From Candidatus Dormiibacterota bacterium (GTDB lineage Bacteria; Chloroflexota; Dormibacteria; Dormibacterales; Dormibacteraceae): DNA of 43,508 nt. Below, one piece after another: positions 27,325-38,108 of the stretch. A program made the translations under genes and the position numbers. How positions within the stretch are numbered: position 1 is the stretch's first letter; each line of letters begins with the position of its first letter. The notes beneath the pieces are model-generated. The model worked only from the letters and a program-made list of their open reading frames with translations, searched no databases and was not told the DNA's origin. The DNA is taken from positions 1 to 43,508 of the forward strand of contig DATEGL010000170.1 of assembly GCA_035280145.1 (NCBI GenBank), given 5' to 3'.

Positions 27325-28311
27325 TTGACGCTCCCTCGACCTAGCATCTCGGCGGTCGTGCCCGCCTACAACAGCGAGCTGTCGCTGCCGGAGCTGGTCC
27401 GCCGGCTCCATTCAGTGCTTGACCCCATCGCCTCGGACTACGAGCTGATCCTCGTCGATGACGGCAGCCGGGACGGCACATGGCCCGTAATCGAGACCCT
27501 CGCGCGCGACAACTCGTGGGTGAAGGGTGTGCGCCTGCGGCGAAATTACGGGCAGTACAACGCGGTTCTTTGCGGCATCAGGCACGCGTGTCACGAGTTG
27601 ATCGTGACGCTCGACGATGACCTTCAGCATCCACCAGAGGAGATTCCCAAGCTGCTCGACAGACTCACGCCCGACATCGACGTCGTGTACGGTACGGCGC
27701 AGCGCGAGACGCACGGTCTCTGGCGTGATTTGGCGAGCCAGGTGACCAAGCTCGCGCTCCAATCCGCGATGGGCGCGCCCATCGCGCGTAAGGCCGGGCC
27801 ATTCCGTCTGTTCAGGACTGGGATCCGGGATGCATTCGCGGGTTACGACGGACCCTACGTCGCGATCGACGCCCTTTTGACGTGGGGCACGACCCGATTC
27901 ACCGCCGTCGACGTCAAGCACGCCCCGCGAACCGCCGGCAAGTCCAACTACACGTTTCGCAAGCTCGTGCTGCATGCGATCAACATGATCACGAGCTTCA
28001 GCATCTTGCCTTTGCAGGTCGCGAGCCTGACCGGATTCTTCTTCACGGTCGTGGGCACACTCGCCCTCATCTATGTGGTGGCCAAGTACCTCATCGAGGG
28101 AGGCAGCGTGCCGGGGTTCTCCTTCCTAGCGTCGACGATCGCCATCTTCTCTGGAGCGCAGCTCTTCTCGCTTGGCATCATCGGCGAGTACCTGGCCCGC
28201 ATTCACACGCGCACCATGCAGCACCCGAGCTACACGATCGGCGACATGACGCCGGCCGCCCGCGCCCTGAGCAACGGCGAGCCGGTGGTGGGGGCGGCGG
28301 CGAGCCGGTAG
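27325..28311 (+). CDS. GT2 polyprenyl-phosphate glycosyltransferase (ArnC/GtrB/Ppm1-like)
   Basis: SAVVPAYNSE, ELILVDDGSRDGT and LDDDLQHPPEEIP, plus two C-terminal TM helices. TTG start. Confidence 0.8.
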   Translation: MTLPRPSISAVVPAYNSELSLPELVRRLHSVLDPIASDYELILVDDGSRDGTWPVIETLARDNSWVKGVRLRRNYGQYNAVLCGIRHACHELIVTLDDDLQHPPEEIPKLLDRLTPDIDVVYGTAQRETHGLWRDLASQVTKLALQSAMGAPIARKAGPFRLFRTGIRDAFAGYDGPYVAIDALLTWGTTRFTAVDVKHAPRTAGKSNYTFRKLVLHAINMITSFSILPLQVASLTGFFFTVVGTLALIYVVAKYLIEGGSVPGFSFLASTIAIFSGAQLFSLGIIGEYLARIHTRTMQHPSYTIGDMTPAARALSNGEPVVGAAASR

Positions 28312-28313
28312 TT

Positions 28314-29333
28314 GTGAGCGTCCTGGACCCGCGGCGCAGCATTGCGGTCGCCGGCAGGCGGGTGCTCGTCACCGGCGGCCTCGGCTTCCTGGGGTTCAAC
28401 CTGGTCCGCGCCCTGACAGCCGCCGGGGCGCGGGTGAGCGTCCTGAGCCGCTCGTGGCCGCCGCCGCCTGCGACCGTCGAGTCGATGCTCGAAGAGGCGG
28501 AGTTCTTTCACGGCGACATTCGGGATCCCGCTCTTGTCGACGAGGCGGTCATCGGGCGCGATCTCATCTATCACATGGCAGGCAAGTCGGGACCGGCGGC
28601 AAGCAACGTCTCGCCGATGGAAGACCTCGAAGTGAACGCTCGCGGCACGCTGATCCTGCTCGAAGCGTGCCGGCGATTGAACCCCAAGGTGAAGATCGTG
28701 TTTCCAAGCTCGCGCCTTGTCTACGAGGCGAGCCCGTCGCAGCCGACCGGCGAGTCAGCGCCGACCGGCCCGCGCTCGGTGTACGGCGTACACAAATGGG
28801 CGGCGGAGCAGTACCTGCTTCTCTATCAGCGCCTGTACGGATTGCGGGTCAGCATCCTGCGCATCACCAACCCGTATGGCCCGTTTCAGCGGCCGGAGCA
28901 GAACCGATACGGCGTCGTCAACTGGTTCATCCACCAGGCGATGCAAAACCGCGCGCTCACCGTGTACGGCGGCGGTGAGCAGCTGAGGGACTACATCCAC
29001 GTCGACGATGTGGTCGATGCATTGCTGGTGGCGAGCGGCGCGCCAGAGGCGGATGGCATGATCTTCAACGTCGGCTGCGGGCGAGGAGTCCCATTCCTGG
29101 AGATGGCCGAGATCGTCGTCAAGGCGGCAGGCCGAGGCTGGATCGAGCACGTCGCTTGGCCGCGTGACGCGGCGGTCGTGGAAACCGGCGATTTCATCGC
29201 GGACATATCGCTGATCAAAGAGCGCCTCGGGTGGAGACCAGCAATCCCACTCGAGTCGGGGATCGAGGATGTCGTCCAGCGTTACGCCCAGCTCGAGTTT
29301 GGGCCGGACCTCGGCCCGGGATTGCTCGCCTGA
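28314..29333 (+). CDS. NAD-dependent nucleotide-sugar epimerase/dehydratase (SDR, extended)
   Basis: RVLVTGGLGFLGFNLVRAL, SSRLVY and YGVHKWAAEQY (YxxxK). GTG at 28314, right after the GT2 stop. The upstream part of track ORF 27882.. is out-of-frame overlap. Confidence 0.85.
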   Translation: MSVLDPRRSIAVAGRRVLVTGGLGFLGFNLVRALTAAGARVSVLSRSWPPPPATVESMLEEAEFFHGDIRDPALVDEAVIGRDLIYHMAGKSGPAASNVSPMEDLEVNARGTLILLEACRRLNPKVKIVFPSSRLVYEASPSQPTGESAPTGPRSVYGVHKWAAEQYLLLYQRLYGLRVSILRITNPYGPFQRPEQNRYGVVNWFIHQAMQNRALTVYGGGEQLRDYIHVDDVVDALLVASGAPEADGMIFNVGCGRGVPFLEMAEIVVKAAGRGWIEHVAWPRDAAVVETGDFIADISLIKERLGWRPAIPLESGIEDVVQRYAQLEFGPDLGPGLLA

Positions 29334-30085
29334 AGCGCGAGTACTACCGCGAGTATCGCCAGGTGGAGGATGTCCACTGGTGGTTTGTCGGACGGCGCCG
29401 CATCCTGCTCCAGCTACTCGATCGCTACCTCGGCCAGAACGGATCGCACGAGCGCCGGATCCTCGACGTCGGCTGCGGCACCGGGACGATGCTGACCCAC
29501 CTCGCGATGCTCGGAAAGGCCGAGGGCGTTGATATCGATAGCGAGGCGGTCGGTTACTGCCAGGAGCGCGGCCTCGACAACGTCCACCTGGGAGAGGCGA
29601 CGCGGCTGCCGTTCGCGGGCGACTCCTTCGACCTCGTGACGGCGCTCGACGTGGTCGAGCACCTGGACGATGACACGGCGGCATTTCGAGAGATGCGCAG
29701 GGTGCTCCGGCCTGGCGGCCTCCTTCTGGTCACGGTCCCCGCCCATCGGTTCCTCTGGGGAGACCAGGACGAGGTCAACCTGCACAAGCGACGCTACGCG
29801 GCCCCGGAGCTGCGCAACCGGCTGGCCTCGAGCGGGTTCGACGTGTTGCGTCTCTCCTACATGAACGCGCTCCTGTTCGCGCCCATCGCGGTTATCAGAC
29901 TGCTGCGCCGCATCGAACATCGCGTGCGACCTCGTATTCCGCATGAGTCGGACTTCAGGTACCCTGCCCCGCGACCTTTGAACTTCGTCCTCGGCCACGT
30001 CTTCGGCGCCGAAGGCAGGATCCTGCGTCGGGCCGACATCCCGTTTGGCGTGTCGATAGTGGCTCTAGCGCGGAAGGCGCGATGA
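29329..30085 (+). CDS. Class I SAM-dependent methyltransferase (HWWF N-terminal motif family)
   Basis: EDVHWWFVGRRRIL, ILDVGCGTG and DVVEHLDDD, paralogous in layout to 6009-6827. Start uncertain: CTG at 29329 in a CTGA junction, or GTG at 29231 with a 103-nt overlap. Confidence 0.75.
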
Positions 30086-30091
30086 TCGGCG

Positions 30092-31309
30092 TTGGCTAAG
30101 ACCGTCGACGTGGTCACCGGCGATCGAACGCGCGATCGCATGCCGGCCTTGCGGCGATGGGCGGGCGCCGCGGTGATCGACGCCGCACCGATCACAAGGG
30201 CCCAGTTGATCGCCGGGGTGCAGGCCGCGGTCGCGCCATTTTTCGTCAGCCGGATCGTCGTGTGGGCGGCCACCATCTTTGGCGCCCGCAACATCCCGGC
30301 GCCGCCGGGCATGTACTCGAACACATATCCTCCTGCCGCGCTCGCCCCGTTCTACCACTGGGACACCGACGCGTACTGGTACATCGCCCACCACGGCTAC
30401 ACGCTGGGTTCCGGTGGCGTGGAGGCGCAGGCGATCAGAGTGGCGTGGTTCCCTTTCTATCCGCTGCTGGTCTATCTCTCTGGCGGCAGCGTGTGGGCGA
30501 TGATCCTCGTCCCCAACGTCTGCTTCCTCGCCTCGCTGGCGCTTCTGCACGTCGTGGCGACCAGGCGTATGGACGCGGAGCGCGCACAGCTCGCGCTCTG
30601 GCTGGTGGCTATTGGGCCGGCCGCGATGTTCTTCAGCTACCCATACACCGAGTCGGTCTTCCTGCTCCTCTGCGTCGGCGCATTCGCGCTCATGGAGTCG
30701 GGGCACTGGCTAATGGCCGGTCTGGCCGGGATGGCAGCGGCCGGGACACGCTTCCCAGGCGTTTTGCTCGCCGCGTCCTTCGGGGCGGAATCGGTGCTCA
30801 ACAAACGGCGGCGCCTGACGATCGCGGTAGCCGGCCTGCTGCCTGTGGCCGGCCTCGCGGTCGTCAGCCTCGTCGATTGGACGCAGATGGGCGATCCGCT
30901 TGGCTTTGTTCACGCGCGGGCTTTCTGGATCGGGCCCGATCGGAACCCGCTCTACCTGGTGGGCTCGTTCCCGAAGGCCGTGATCGAAGGCGACCCATTC
31001 AACCCGGAAGCAATCGGGGTGCCGGTGCTTGCCGTATTTGCGATCGGAGCCGCATGGGTGGCCCTGCGCATGCCCGCCGCGTATGGCGTATTTGCTGTTA
31101 CGCAGGTCCTGGTCGCCTTCGACCAGGGTCTCTACCTACACATCTTCAGCCTGGTGCCGCGCGTGGTCTCGGTGATCTTTCCGTGCTACTTCGCGTTTGC
31201 CACGCTGCTGGCGACGAGGCGCAACCTGAGGCTCGCCTGGATTGGGTTGTCGGCGTCGGCGATGATATTCAACGCGGCGCTCTACGGCGCCTGGCGCTTC
31301 GTCGGCTGA
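30092..31309 (+). CDS. Polytopic GT-C type membrane glycosyltransferase (PIG-V / mannosyltransferase-like)
   Basis: 405 aa, multi-TM. FYHWDTDAYWYIAHHGY resembles the W-D-x-x-x-Y-x-x-I-A-x-x-G-Y loop motif of PIG-V-type enzymes. TTG start 7 nt after the preceding stop. Confidence 0.6.
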   Translation: MAKTVDVVTGDRTRDRMPALRRWAGAAVIDAAPITRAQLIAGVQAAVAPFFVSRIVVWAATIFGARNIPAPPGMYSNTYPPAALAPFYHWDTDAYWYIAHHGYTLGSGGVEAQAIRVAWFPFYPLLVYLSGGSVWAMILVPNVCFLASLALLHVVATRRMDAERAQLALWLVAIGPAAMFFSYPYTESVFLLLCVGAFALMESGHWLMAGLAGMAAAGTRFPGVLLAASFGAESVLNKRRRLTIAVAGLLPVAGLAVVSLVDWTQMGDPLGFVHARAFWIGPDRNPLYLVGSFPKAVIEGDPFNPEAIGVPVLAVFAIGAAWVALRMPAAYGVFAVTQVLVAFDQGLYLHIFSLVPRVVSVIFPCYFAFATLLATRRNLRLAWIGLSASAMIFNAALYGAWRFVG

Positions 31310-31900
31310 CTACCTGACGGCGGGGAGCCAGGCGGCGCGATTGTTCTCGTAGGCGGCGATGTCTGGCTCGTGGCGCTCGACCAGGGAGATCTCGTCGAGG
31401 CCCTCGAGCAGACATTCCCGGGTGAATGGATCGATCTCGAATCGATAGCTGAACCCCTCGCCGCGCACCTCCTGCCTCTCGAGGTCCACCGTGATGCTCG
31501 TATCCGGATCCTCTACGACGAGGTCGAACAGATGCCGGACCTGGCCGTCAGGCAGCGACACCGCGAGCAGGCCGGTCTTGTGGCAGTTCGCCCGGAAGAT
31601 GTCGGCGAAGCTCGGCGCAATGATCGCCTGGAAGCCGAAGTCGCGCAGCGCCCACGGCGCGTGCTCGCGCGACGAGCCGCAGCCAAAGTTCGCCCCTGCC
31701 ACCAGCACCGAAGCTCCCACATGCTCTGGCCGGTCGAGCACGAAGTTGCCCCGCGCGCGCCAGTCATAGAAAAGGAAGGGGCCGTACCCGGTGCGCTCGA
31801 TCCGCTTCAAGAATTGCTTGGGGATGATCTGGTCCGTGTCGACGTCTGCCAGGTCGAGCGGAGCCATGCGCCCGGACACCTGCTTGATCGCGGCAGGCAT
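31310..31900 (-). CDS. leuD: 3-isopropylmalate dehydratase small subunit
   Basis: 196 aa with DTDQIIPKQFLK and GANFGCGSSREHAPWAL. 1-nt overlap (TGATG) with leuC. Confidence 0.95.
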   Translation of the reverse strand: MPAAIKQVSGRMAPLDLADVDTDQIIPKQFLKRIERTGYGPFLFYDWRARGNFVLDRPEHVGASVLVAGANFGCGSSREHAPWALRDFGFQAIIAPSFADIFRANCHKTGLLAVSLPDGQVRHLFDLVVEDPDTSITVDLERQEVRGEGFSYRFEIDPFTRECLLEGLDEISLVERHEPDIAAYENNRAAWLPAVR

Positions 31901-33321
31901 CAGATCAGCTCCCTCACGTCGACCAGATGGCCGGTCAGCGCCGCCGCGACCGCCATGGGCGGGCTCATCAGGTGCGTCCGCCCGCCGGCACCCTGCCGGC
32001 CTTCGAAGTTGCGGTTGGAGGTCGAGGCGCAGCGCTCACCGGGCGCCAGGATGTCCGGGTTCATGCCCAGGCACATCGAGCAGCCGGCGTTGCGCCACTC
32101 GAAGCCGGCCGCCTTGAAGACCAGGTCGAGACCCTCTTTCTCCGCGGCCAGCTTGACCGACGTCGAACCGGGCACGACCATCGCTCGTACCTTCGGATGC
32201 ACGTGCCGGCCGTTGATGACGCCTGCCGCCGCGCGCAGGTCCTCGAGGCGCGCGTTGGTGCAGGAGCCGATGAAGACACGGTCGATCGCAACGTCCGCCA
32301 GCGCCAGGCCGGGCCGGAGGTCCATGTAGCGCAGGGCGCGCTCGTCGGTCTCCGAGCGAGGGTCCGGCACGCGTCCGGTGACGGGAACCACCTGTGCGGG
32401 ATTCGTGCCCCACGTGACGTGCGGCTCCAGAGCGGCGGCGTCGATGTCGATTTGGCCGTCGAATGACGCGTCGTCGTCGGAGCTGAGCGAGCGCCAGTAG
32501 TCCAGAGCCTTCTCCCACAGATCGCCATGCGGTGCGTGCGGTCTGCCTTCGACATAAGCGAAGGTCGTGTCGTCGGGCGCCACCATTCCGGCCTTGGCGC
32601 CCCACTCGATGGACATGTTGCAGACCGTCATCCTCCCTTCCATCGACAGGCCTCGGATGGTCGGGCCGCGGTACTCGACCAGATGCCCCTGCCCGGCCGA
32701 GGTGCCGACGCGGCCGATCAGGCCGAGCACGATGTCCTTGGCGGTCACGCCAATTGGCAGCTCGCCGGATACGTTGACCGCCAGGTCGCCGTGGCGGTTC
32801 TGGGGAAGGCACTGCGTGGCAAGCACGACCGCGACTTCGGAGGTGCCGATGCCGAATGCCAGTGCGCCGAAGGCTCCATGGGTGGAGGTGTGGGAGTCGC
32901 CACACACGATCAGCATCCCCGGCTGCGTCAGGCCGAGCTCCGGCCCGATCACGTGAACTATGCCCTGGCGGCGGCTGCCGATCTGGTGCAGCCGGATGCC
33001 CTCGCGGCCGCAGTTCTCCACCAGGACCTCCATCTGCTTGCGCGAGAGCTCGTCCGCCGAGCGGACTCCGCCGCGGGTGGGGACGTTGTGGTCCATCGTA
33101 GCCACGGTCAAGTCGGGGCGGCGCACGTGGCGGCCGGCCATGCGCAGGCCCTCGAAAGCCTGCGGGGACGTGACCTCGTGGACGAGGTGGAGGTCGACGA
33201 AGAGCAGGTCGGGCTCGCCTTCAGCCGAGCGCACGACATGGCCGTCCCACAGCTTCTGAGCCAGCGTGGAAGCCTGGCTCCGCCGCTCCCCGCGAGCATC
33301 TTCGCTACTGGCTCGGCTCAT
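31900..33321 (-). CDS. leuC: 3-isopropylmalate dehydratase large subunit
   Basis: [72 protein letters not shown] and CSMCLGMN. Start placed at the ATG at 33321 (alternative ATG at 33357); the track start at 33426 adds implausible sequence. Confidence 0.9.
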   Translation of the reverse strand: MSRASSEDARGERRSQASTLAQKLWDGHVVRSAEGEPDLLFVDLHLVHEVTSPQAFEGLRMAGRHVRRPDLTVATMDHNVPTRGGVRSADELSRKQMEVLVENCGREGIRLHQIGSRRQGIVHVIGPELGLTQPGMLIVCGDSHTSTHGAFGALAFGIGTSEVAVVLATQCLPQNRHGDLAVNVSGELPIGVTAKDIVLGLIGRVGTSAGQGHLVEYRGPTIRGLSMEGRMTVCNMSIEWGAKAGMVAPDDTTFAYVEGRPHAPHGDLWEKALDYWRSLSSDDDASFDGQIDIDAAALEPHVTWGTNPAQVVPVTGRVPDPRSETDERALRYMDLRPGLALADVAIDRVFIGSCTNARLEDLRAAAGVINGRHVHPKVRAMVVPGSTSVKLAAEKEGLDLVFKAAGFEWRNAGCSMCLGMNPDILAPGERCASTSNRNFEGRQGAGGRTHLMSPPMAVAAALTGHLVDVRELI

Positions 33322-33538
33322 CCGGGCGTTGCCGCTTGCGCTCCGGTCCTCACGCATCGAGGGGATGCGCTCCGGTCCGGTGCTCGCGGCGCCTACGGAT
33401 GAGCTCGACCCAGCGCGAATCTGCACCGCGCGGCCGGCGGATCCAGGCTAGAGGCATCGAGGGCGACAACTCTACGCAGGACAGGACGCGGAAATTTGTG
33501 CCTCGCCTACAACCGGAGGAGGGGAGTCTCTCGTTAAC

Positions 33539-33634
33539 ATGCCTAGGCACATGTCCCAGTCGCGCGCGCTCGGCCTCGTACTTGTTGGCCTTCTGGGCCT
33601 TATTGGCATTGCATCGGGGGCCCGCGCGACCTAG
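33539..33634 (+). CDS. ilv leader peptide (31 aa) rich in Leu/Val/Ile codons
   Basis: The ATG at 33539 is preceded by GGAGGAGGGGAG (33515-33526). It translates to MPRHMSQSRALGLVLVGLLGLIGIASGARAT, with 10 Leu/Val/Ile among 14 consecutive residues, followed by TAG. It lies immediately upstream of a terminator hairpin and ilvB. Confidence 0.6.
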   Translation: MPRHMSQSRALGLVLVGLLGLIGIASGARAT

Positions 33635-33657
33635 ACAGACCGCCAGATAGATCGCAA

Positions 33658-33693
33658 AAGCCCCCGACCGAAATGCGGGGGCTTCTTCATTTT
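33658..33693 (+). terminator. Attenuator terminator upstream of ilvB
   Basis: Perfect 9-bp stem AAGCCCCCG (33658-33666) / CGGGGGCTT (33676-33684) with a 9-nt loop, followed by CTTCATTTT. An alternative 8-bp pairing exists between 33614-33621 (TCGGGGGC, inside the leader ORF end) and 33660-33667. Confidence 0.6.
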
Positions 33694-33713
33694 CGAAGGA
33701 GTCCGCCAGAAAA

Positions 33714-35396
33714 GTGACCGGAGCCGACATGATCCTGGAAGCGCTGGAGCGCGAGGGAGTCGAGCACATCTTCGGCTACCCGGGCGGCGCCAACCTGCCG
33801 ATCTATCAGCACCTTCCCGAGCACCCGAAGCTCAAGCACATCCTCGTCCGCCACGAGCAGGGCGCCGCGCACATGGCCGACGGATACGCCCGGGCCAGCG
33901 GGCGGCCAGGCGTAGTTTTCGCAACCTCCGGCCCCGGCGCGCTGAACCTGGTCACCGGGCTCTGCACCGCCTACATGGACTCGGTGCCGTTGGTCGCCAT
34001 CACCGGCCAGGTGCCCAGCACTGTCGTGGGCAGGGACGCATTCCAGGAGTCCGACGTCATCGGCGCCACGAGCTCGGTGACCAAGCACAGCTACCTCGTG
34101 ACACGGATCGACCAGCTGCCGCGTGTGATCCATGAGGCGTTCCACATCGCGACCACTGGGCGTCCAGGGCCGGTCTTGATCGACATCTGCCGCGACGTCC
34201 AGCAGGCCGAGGCCGACCGTGTGACGCCGGAGCGCCTGGAAATCCCCGGCTACAGGCTCAACGGCCATGTCGATCTGGACCACGCGCGGCGGGCGGCTCA
34301 CGCACTGGCGGCCGCCGAGCGTCCCGTGATCCTTGCCGGTCACGGCGTGATCCTCAGCCACGCCGAGCGGCAGCTGCAGGAGCTGGCCGAGGCCGCCGCC
34401 GCTCCAACCGGCACGACGCTGCTCGGTATCGGGGCCTTCCCGGTCAAGCATCCGCTCTCGCTGCATATGACCGGCTTCATGGGCACCGGCTGGAACCTCA
34501 AGGCGGTCCAGAACGCGGACGTTTTGATGATGGTCGGCATGCGGGTTGACGACCGCGTGACCGCCAAGCTCGCGGGCTTTGCGCCGAACGTCAAGACATT
34601 CATCCACGTCGACATCGATGGCTCGGAGATGGGCAAGAACGTCCGCCCTCACATCGAGCTCGTCGCCGACGCAGGGCAGGCGCTCGAAGCGATGCGGCCC
34701 CACATCGGCCTGCTGAATTCGGGGCGGGCCGCCTGGCTGAACCAGATCGACGCCTGGCGCGAGGAGCACCCGCTGCGCTACAAGCGCTCGAACGGGCGCC
34801 TCCAGCCGCAGGACGTGCTGATCGATATGTATCGGCGCGCCCGCAGCGAGGCGATCGTCGTCGCCGACGTGGGCCAGAACCAGATCTGGGCAGCGTTGTG
34901 GTGGAACTACGACCGGCCCGGTCTCTTCATCAACTCGGGTGGCGCGGGCACGATGGGCTTCGCCCTTCCGGCTGCAATAGGCGCGAAGTTCGCACGGCCC
35001 GCCGTCCCCGTGTGGTGTGTCGCAGGCGAGGGCGGTTTTGTGATGACCGCACAGGAGCTGTCCGTCGCCGTCGAGCACCAGCTCGACGTCAAGATCGTGC
35101 TGCTCAACAACTTCTCGCTGGGCATGGTCCGCCAGTTCCAGGACGACTTCTACGGCGGCGTGCGTTCCCAGGTCGACCTGACGCAGATGCCCGACTTCGT
35201 GAAGCTCGCCGAGGCATATGGGCTGCCCGCGATGCGGGTGGACAGGCTCGAGGACGTCGGACAGGCGATGGATGCGGCCGAGCGGACGAAGGGCCCGTTC
35301 CTGATCGACTTCCGGATCGATCCGGAGGCCAACGTCTACCCGATCGTGCCGATCGGGAAGACCCTGAACGAATTCTGGGAGTCGCCCGAATCGTGA
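33714..35396 (+). CDS. ilvB: Acetolactate synthase (acetohydroxy-acid synthase) large subunit
   Basis: 560 aa with [28 protein letters not shown] and [13 protein letters not shown]...[18 protein letters not shown] lies 12 nt upstream of the GTG at 33714. Confidence 0.95.
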   Translation: MTGADMILEALEREGVEHIFGYPGGANLPIYQHLPEHPKLKHILVRHEQGAAHMADGYARASGRPGVVFATSGPGALNLVTGLCTAYMDSVPLVAITGQVPSTVVGRDAFQESDVIGATSSVTKHSYLVTRIDQLPRVIHEAFHIATTGRPGPVLIDICRDVQQAEADRVTPERLEIPGYRLNGHVDLDHARRAAHALAAAERPVILAGHGVILSHAERQLQELAEAAAAPTGTTLLGIGAFPVKHPLSLHMTGFMGTGWNLKAVQNADVLMMVGMRVDDRVTAKLAGFAPNVKTFIHVDIDGSEMGKNVRPHIELVADAGQALEAMRPHIGLLNSGRAAWLNQIDAWREEHPLRYKRSNGRLQPQDVLIDMYRRARSEAIVVADVGQNQIWAALWWNYDRPGLFINSGGAGTMGFALPAAIGAKFARPAVPVWCVAGEGGFVMTAQELSVAVEHQLDVKIVLLNNFSLGMVRQFQDDFYGGVRSQVDLTQMPDFVKLAEAYGLPAMRVDRLEDVGQAMDAAERTKGPFLIDFRIDPEANVYPIVPIGKTLNEFWESPES

Positions 35397-35859
35397 GCCA
35401 GAAGATCCGGATCCTCTCGGTCGTGGTCGAAGACGGCCCAAACACGCTGACAAGAGTTTCGGGCGCCATCCGCCGGCGCGGCTTCCACGTCCGCGCGATC
35501 TCGGTCGGTCCCAGCCAGGAACCGGGGCGCATCCGGATCAACCTGCAGGTCGACCACGGCCATGCCGAGGCCGACCAGGTCCGCAAGCAGCTCGAGCGCC
35601 TGGTCGAGGTCGTGGAGGTCGAGGACCTCACCGAGCACGACCTGCACACGCGCGAGCTCGTGGTCGCCAAGGTCACCGCGGCCGCCGACGTCGCGGGACT
35701 GCTGGAGCGCGGAGCCAGGGTGCTGGCGAAAGGCGCCGACGGCACGACCGTCGAGTTTTCCGGCGAGCGCGACGAGGTCGGCCAGTTCGTCGACGAGCTG
35801 ACCCGGCATGGAATCGTCGACGTGGTCCGGTCCGGCCCCGTCGTCATGAGGAGAACGGC

Positions 35860-35863
<4 letters not shown>
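35393..35863 (+). CDS. ilvN: Acetolactate synthase small (regulatory, ACT) subunit
   Basis: GTGA overlap with the ilvB stop. The 156-aa product [35 protein letters not shown]... is typical of IlvN/IlvH. The upstream part of track ORF 34898.. is an out-of-frame artefact. Confidence 0.9.
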
Positions 35864-36848
<985 letters not shown>

Positions 36849-36852
<4 letters not shown>

Positions 36853-38108
36853 GAGACACAAATCCCGACCGGGTATTCATCTTCGACACGACGCTGCGCG
36901 ACGGGGAGCAGTCGCCAGGCTTCCACCTCGACGCCAACTCCAAGCTGCGCATCGCGCGCCAGCTGGAGAGGCTCGGCGTGGATGTGATCGAGGCCGGCTT
37001 CCCAATCTCGTCTCCGGGGGACTTCGAGGCATGCCGGCGCATCGCGCGCGAGATCCGGGGCACGACGATCACCGCCCTCGCGCGTGCGGTGCGCGAGGAC
37101 ATCGATGCCGTGTGGGGGGCCATCAAAGAAGCCGAAGACCCGCAGATCCACATCGTGCTGTCGGTGTCGGACGTCCACATCAACCGGAAGCTCGGGATGT
37201 CACGCGAGGCCGTCCTGAAGCGCGGCGCCGAGATGGTTTCGTACGCGCGCTCGCTGTGCGAGAACGTGGAGTACTCGCCGGAAGACGCAGGGCGTGCCGA
37301 CGTCGATTACCTGATCGAGACCGTGGAGACGATGATCGCCGCCGGCGCGAACGTCATCAACATCCCGGACACCACCGGGTACTGCCTCCCGTACGAGTTT
37401 GGCGAGCTGGTCCGGCGGGTCATCGCGGAGGCGCGAGGTTCAGAAAAAGCGCTCTTCTCGGTCCACTGCCACAACGACCTGGGCCTTGCGGTCGCCAACA
37501 CCCTCGCGGCAATCTCGGCCGGCGCGCGCCGCGTCGAGTGCACGATCAACGGCATCGGGGAGCGGGCCGGCAACACGTCACTCGAAGAGATCGTGATGCT
37601 GCTCAACGTCCGCCAGGCCAGGCTCGGCCTGGAGTGCGGCGTGAAAACAACCGAGATCACGCGCACATCACGCCTCGTGTCCGAGCTGACCGGCACGCCG
37701 GTGCAGCCAAACAAGGCCGTGGTCGGAGCCAACGCCTTCGCGCACGCGTCGGGCATCCACCAGGACGGCGTGCTGAAAGACCGCCTGAACTACGAGATCA
37801 TGAAGCCGGAGGACGTCGGTCTGGCCGATTCGCGCATCGTCCTCACGGCGCGCTCTGGGCGCCACGCGTTTCACCACAGGCTGAGCCGGTTGGGCATCAC
37901 CCTCAGCGACGGCAGCTCCGACGCGGCGTGGCATCGGTTCCTGCAGCTGGCCGATACGAAGAAGGAAGTGACCGACGAGGACCTGCGCAGGATCGCGGCG
38001 ATGGCGGACAGCAACGGCTCCGAGGGGAATGGCCATCCGCCTGTGACGGACCAGCTGAATGACCACAACCACGTCGCGGACACCCTTCGACATTTGATCT
38101 TCGGGTGA
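36849..38108 (+). CDS. leuA: 2-isopropylmalate synthase-family enzyme, short form lacking the C-terminal LeuA_dimer regulatory domain
   Basis: ATGA overlap with ilv[53 protein letters not shown] and [12 protein letters not shown]. Only 419 aa; the protein ends about 30 aa after the KKEVTDEDL linker block. Confidence 0.85.

Noticed and set aside
27325-31309. Glycosylation module as a horizontally acquired genomic island
   Set aside because: I saw no flanking direct repeats, tRNA, integrase or transposase, and no obvious compositional break by eye. Only the interruption of BCAA gene context is reported.
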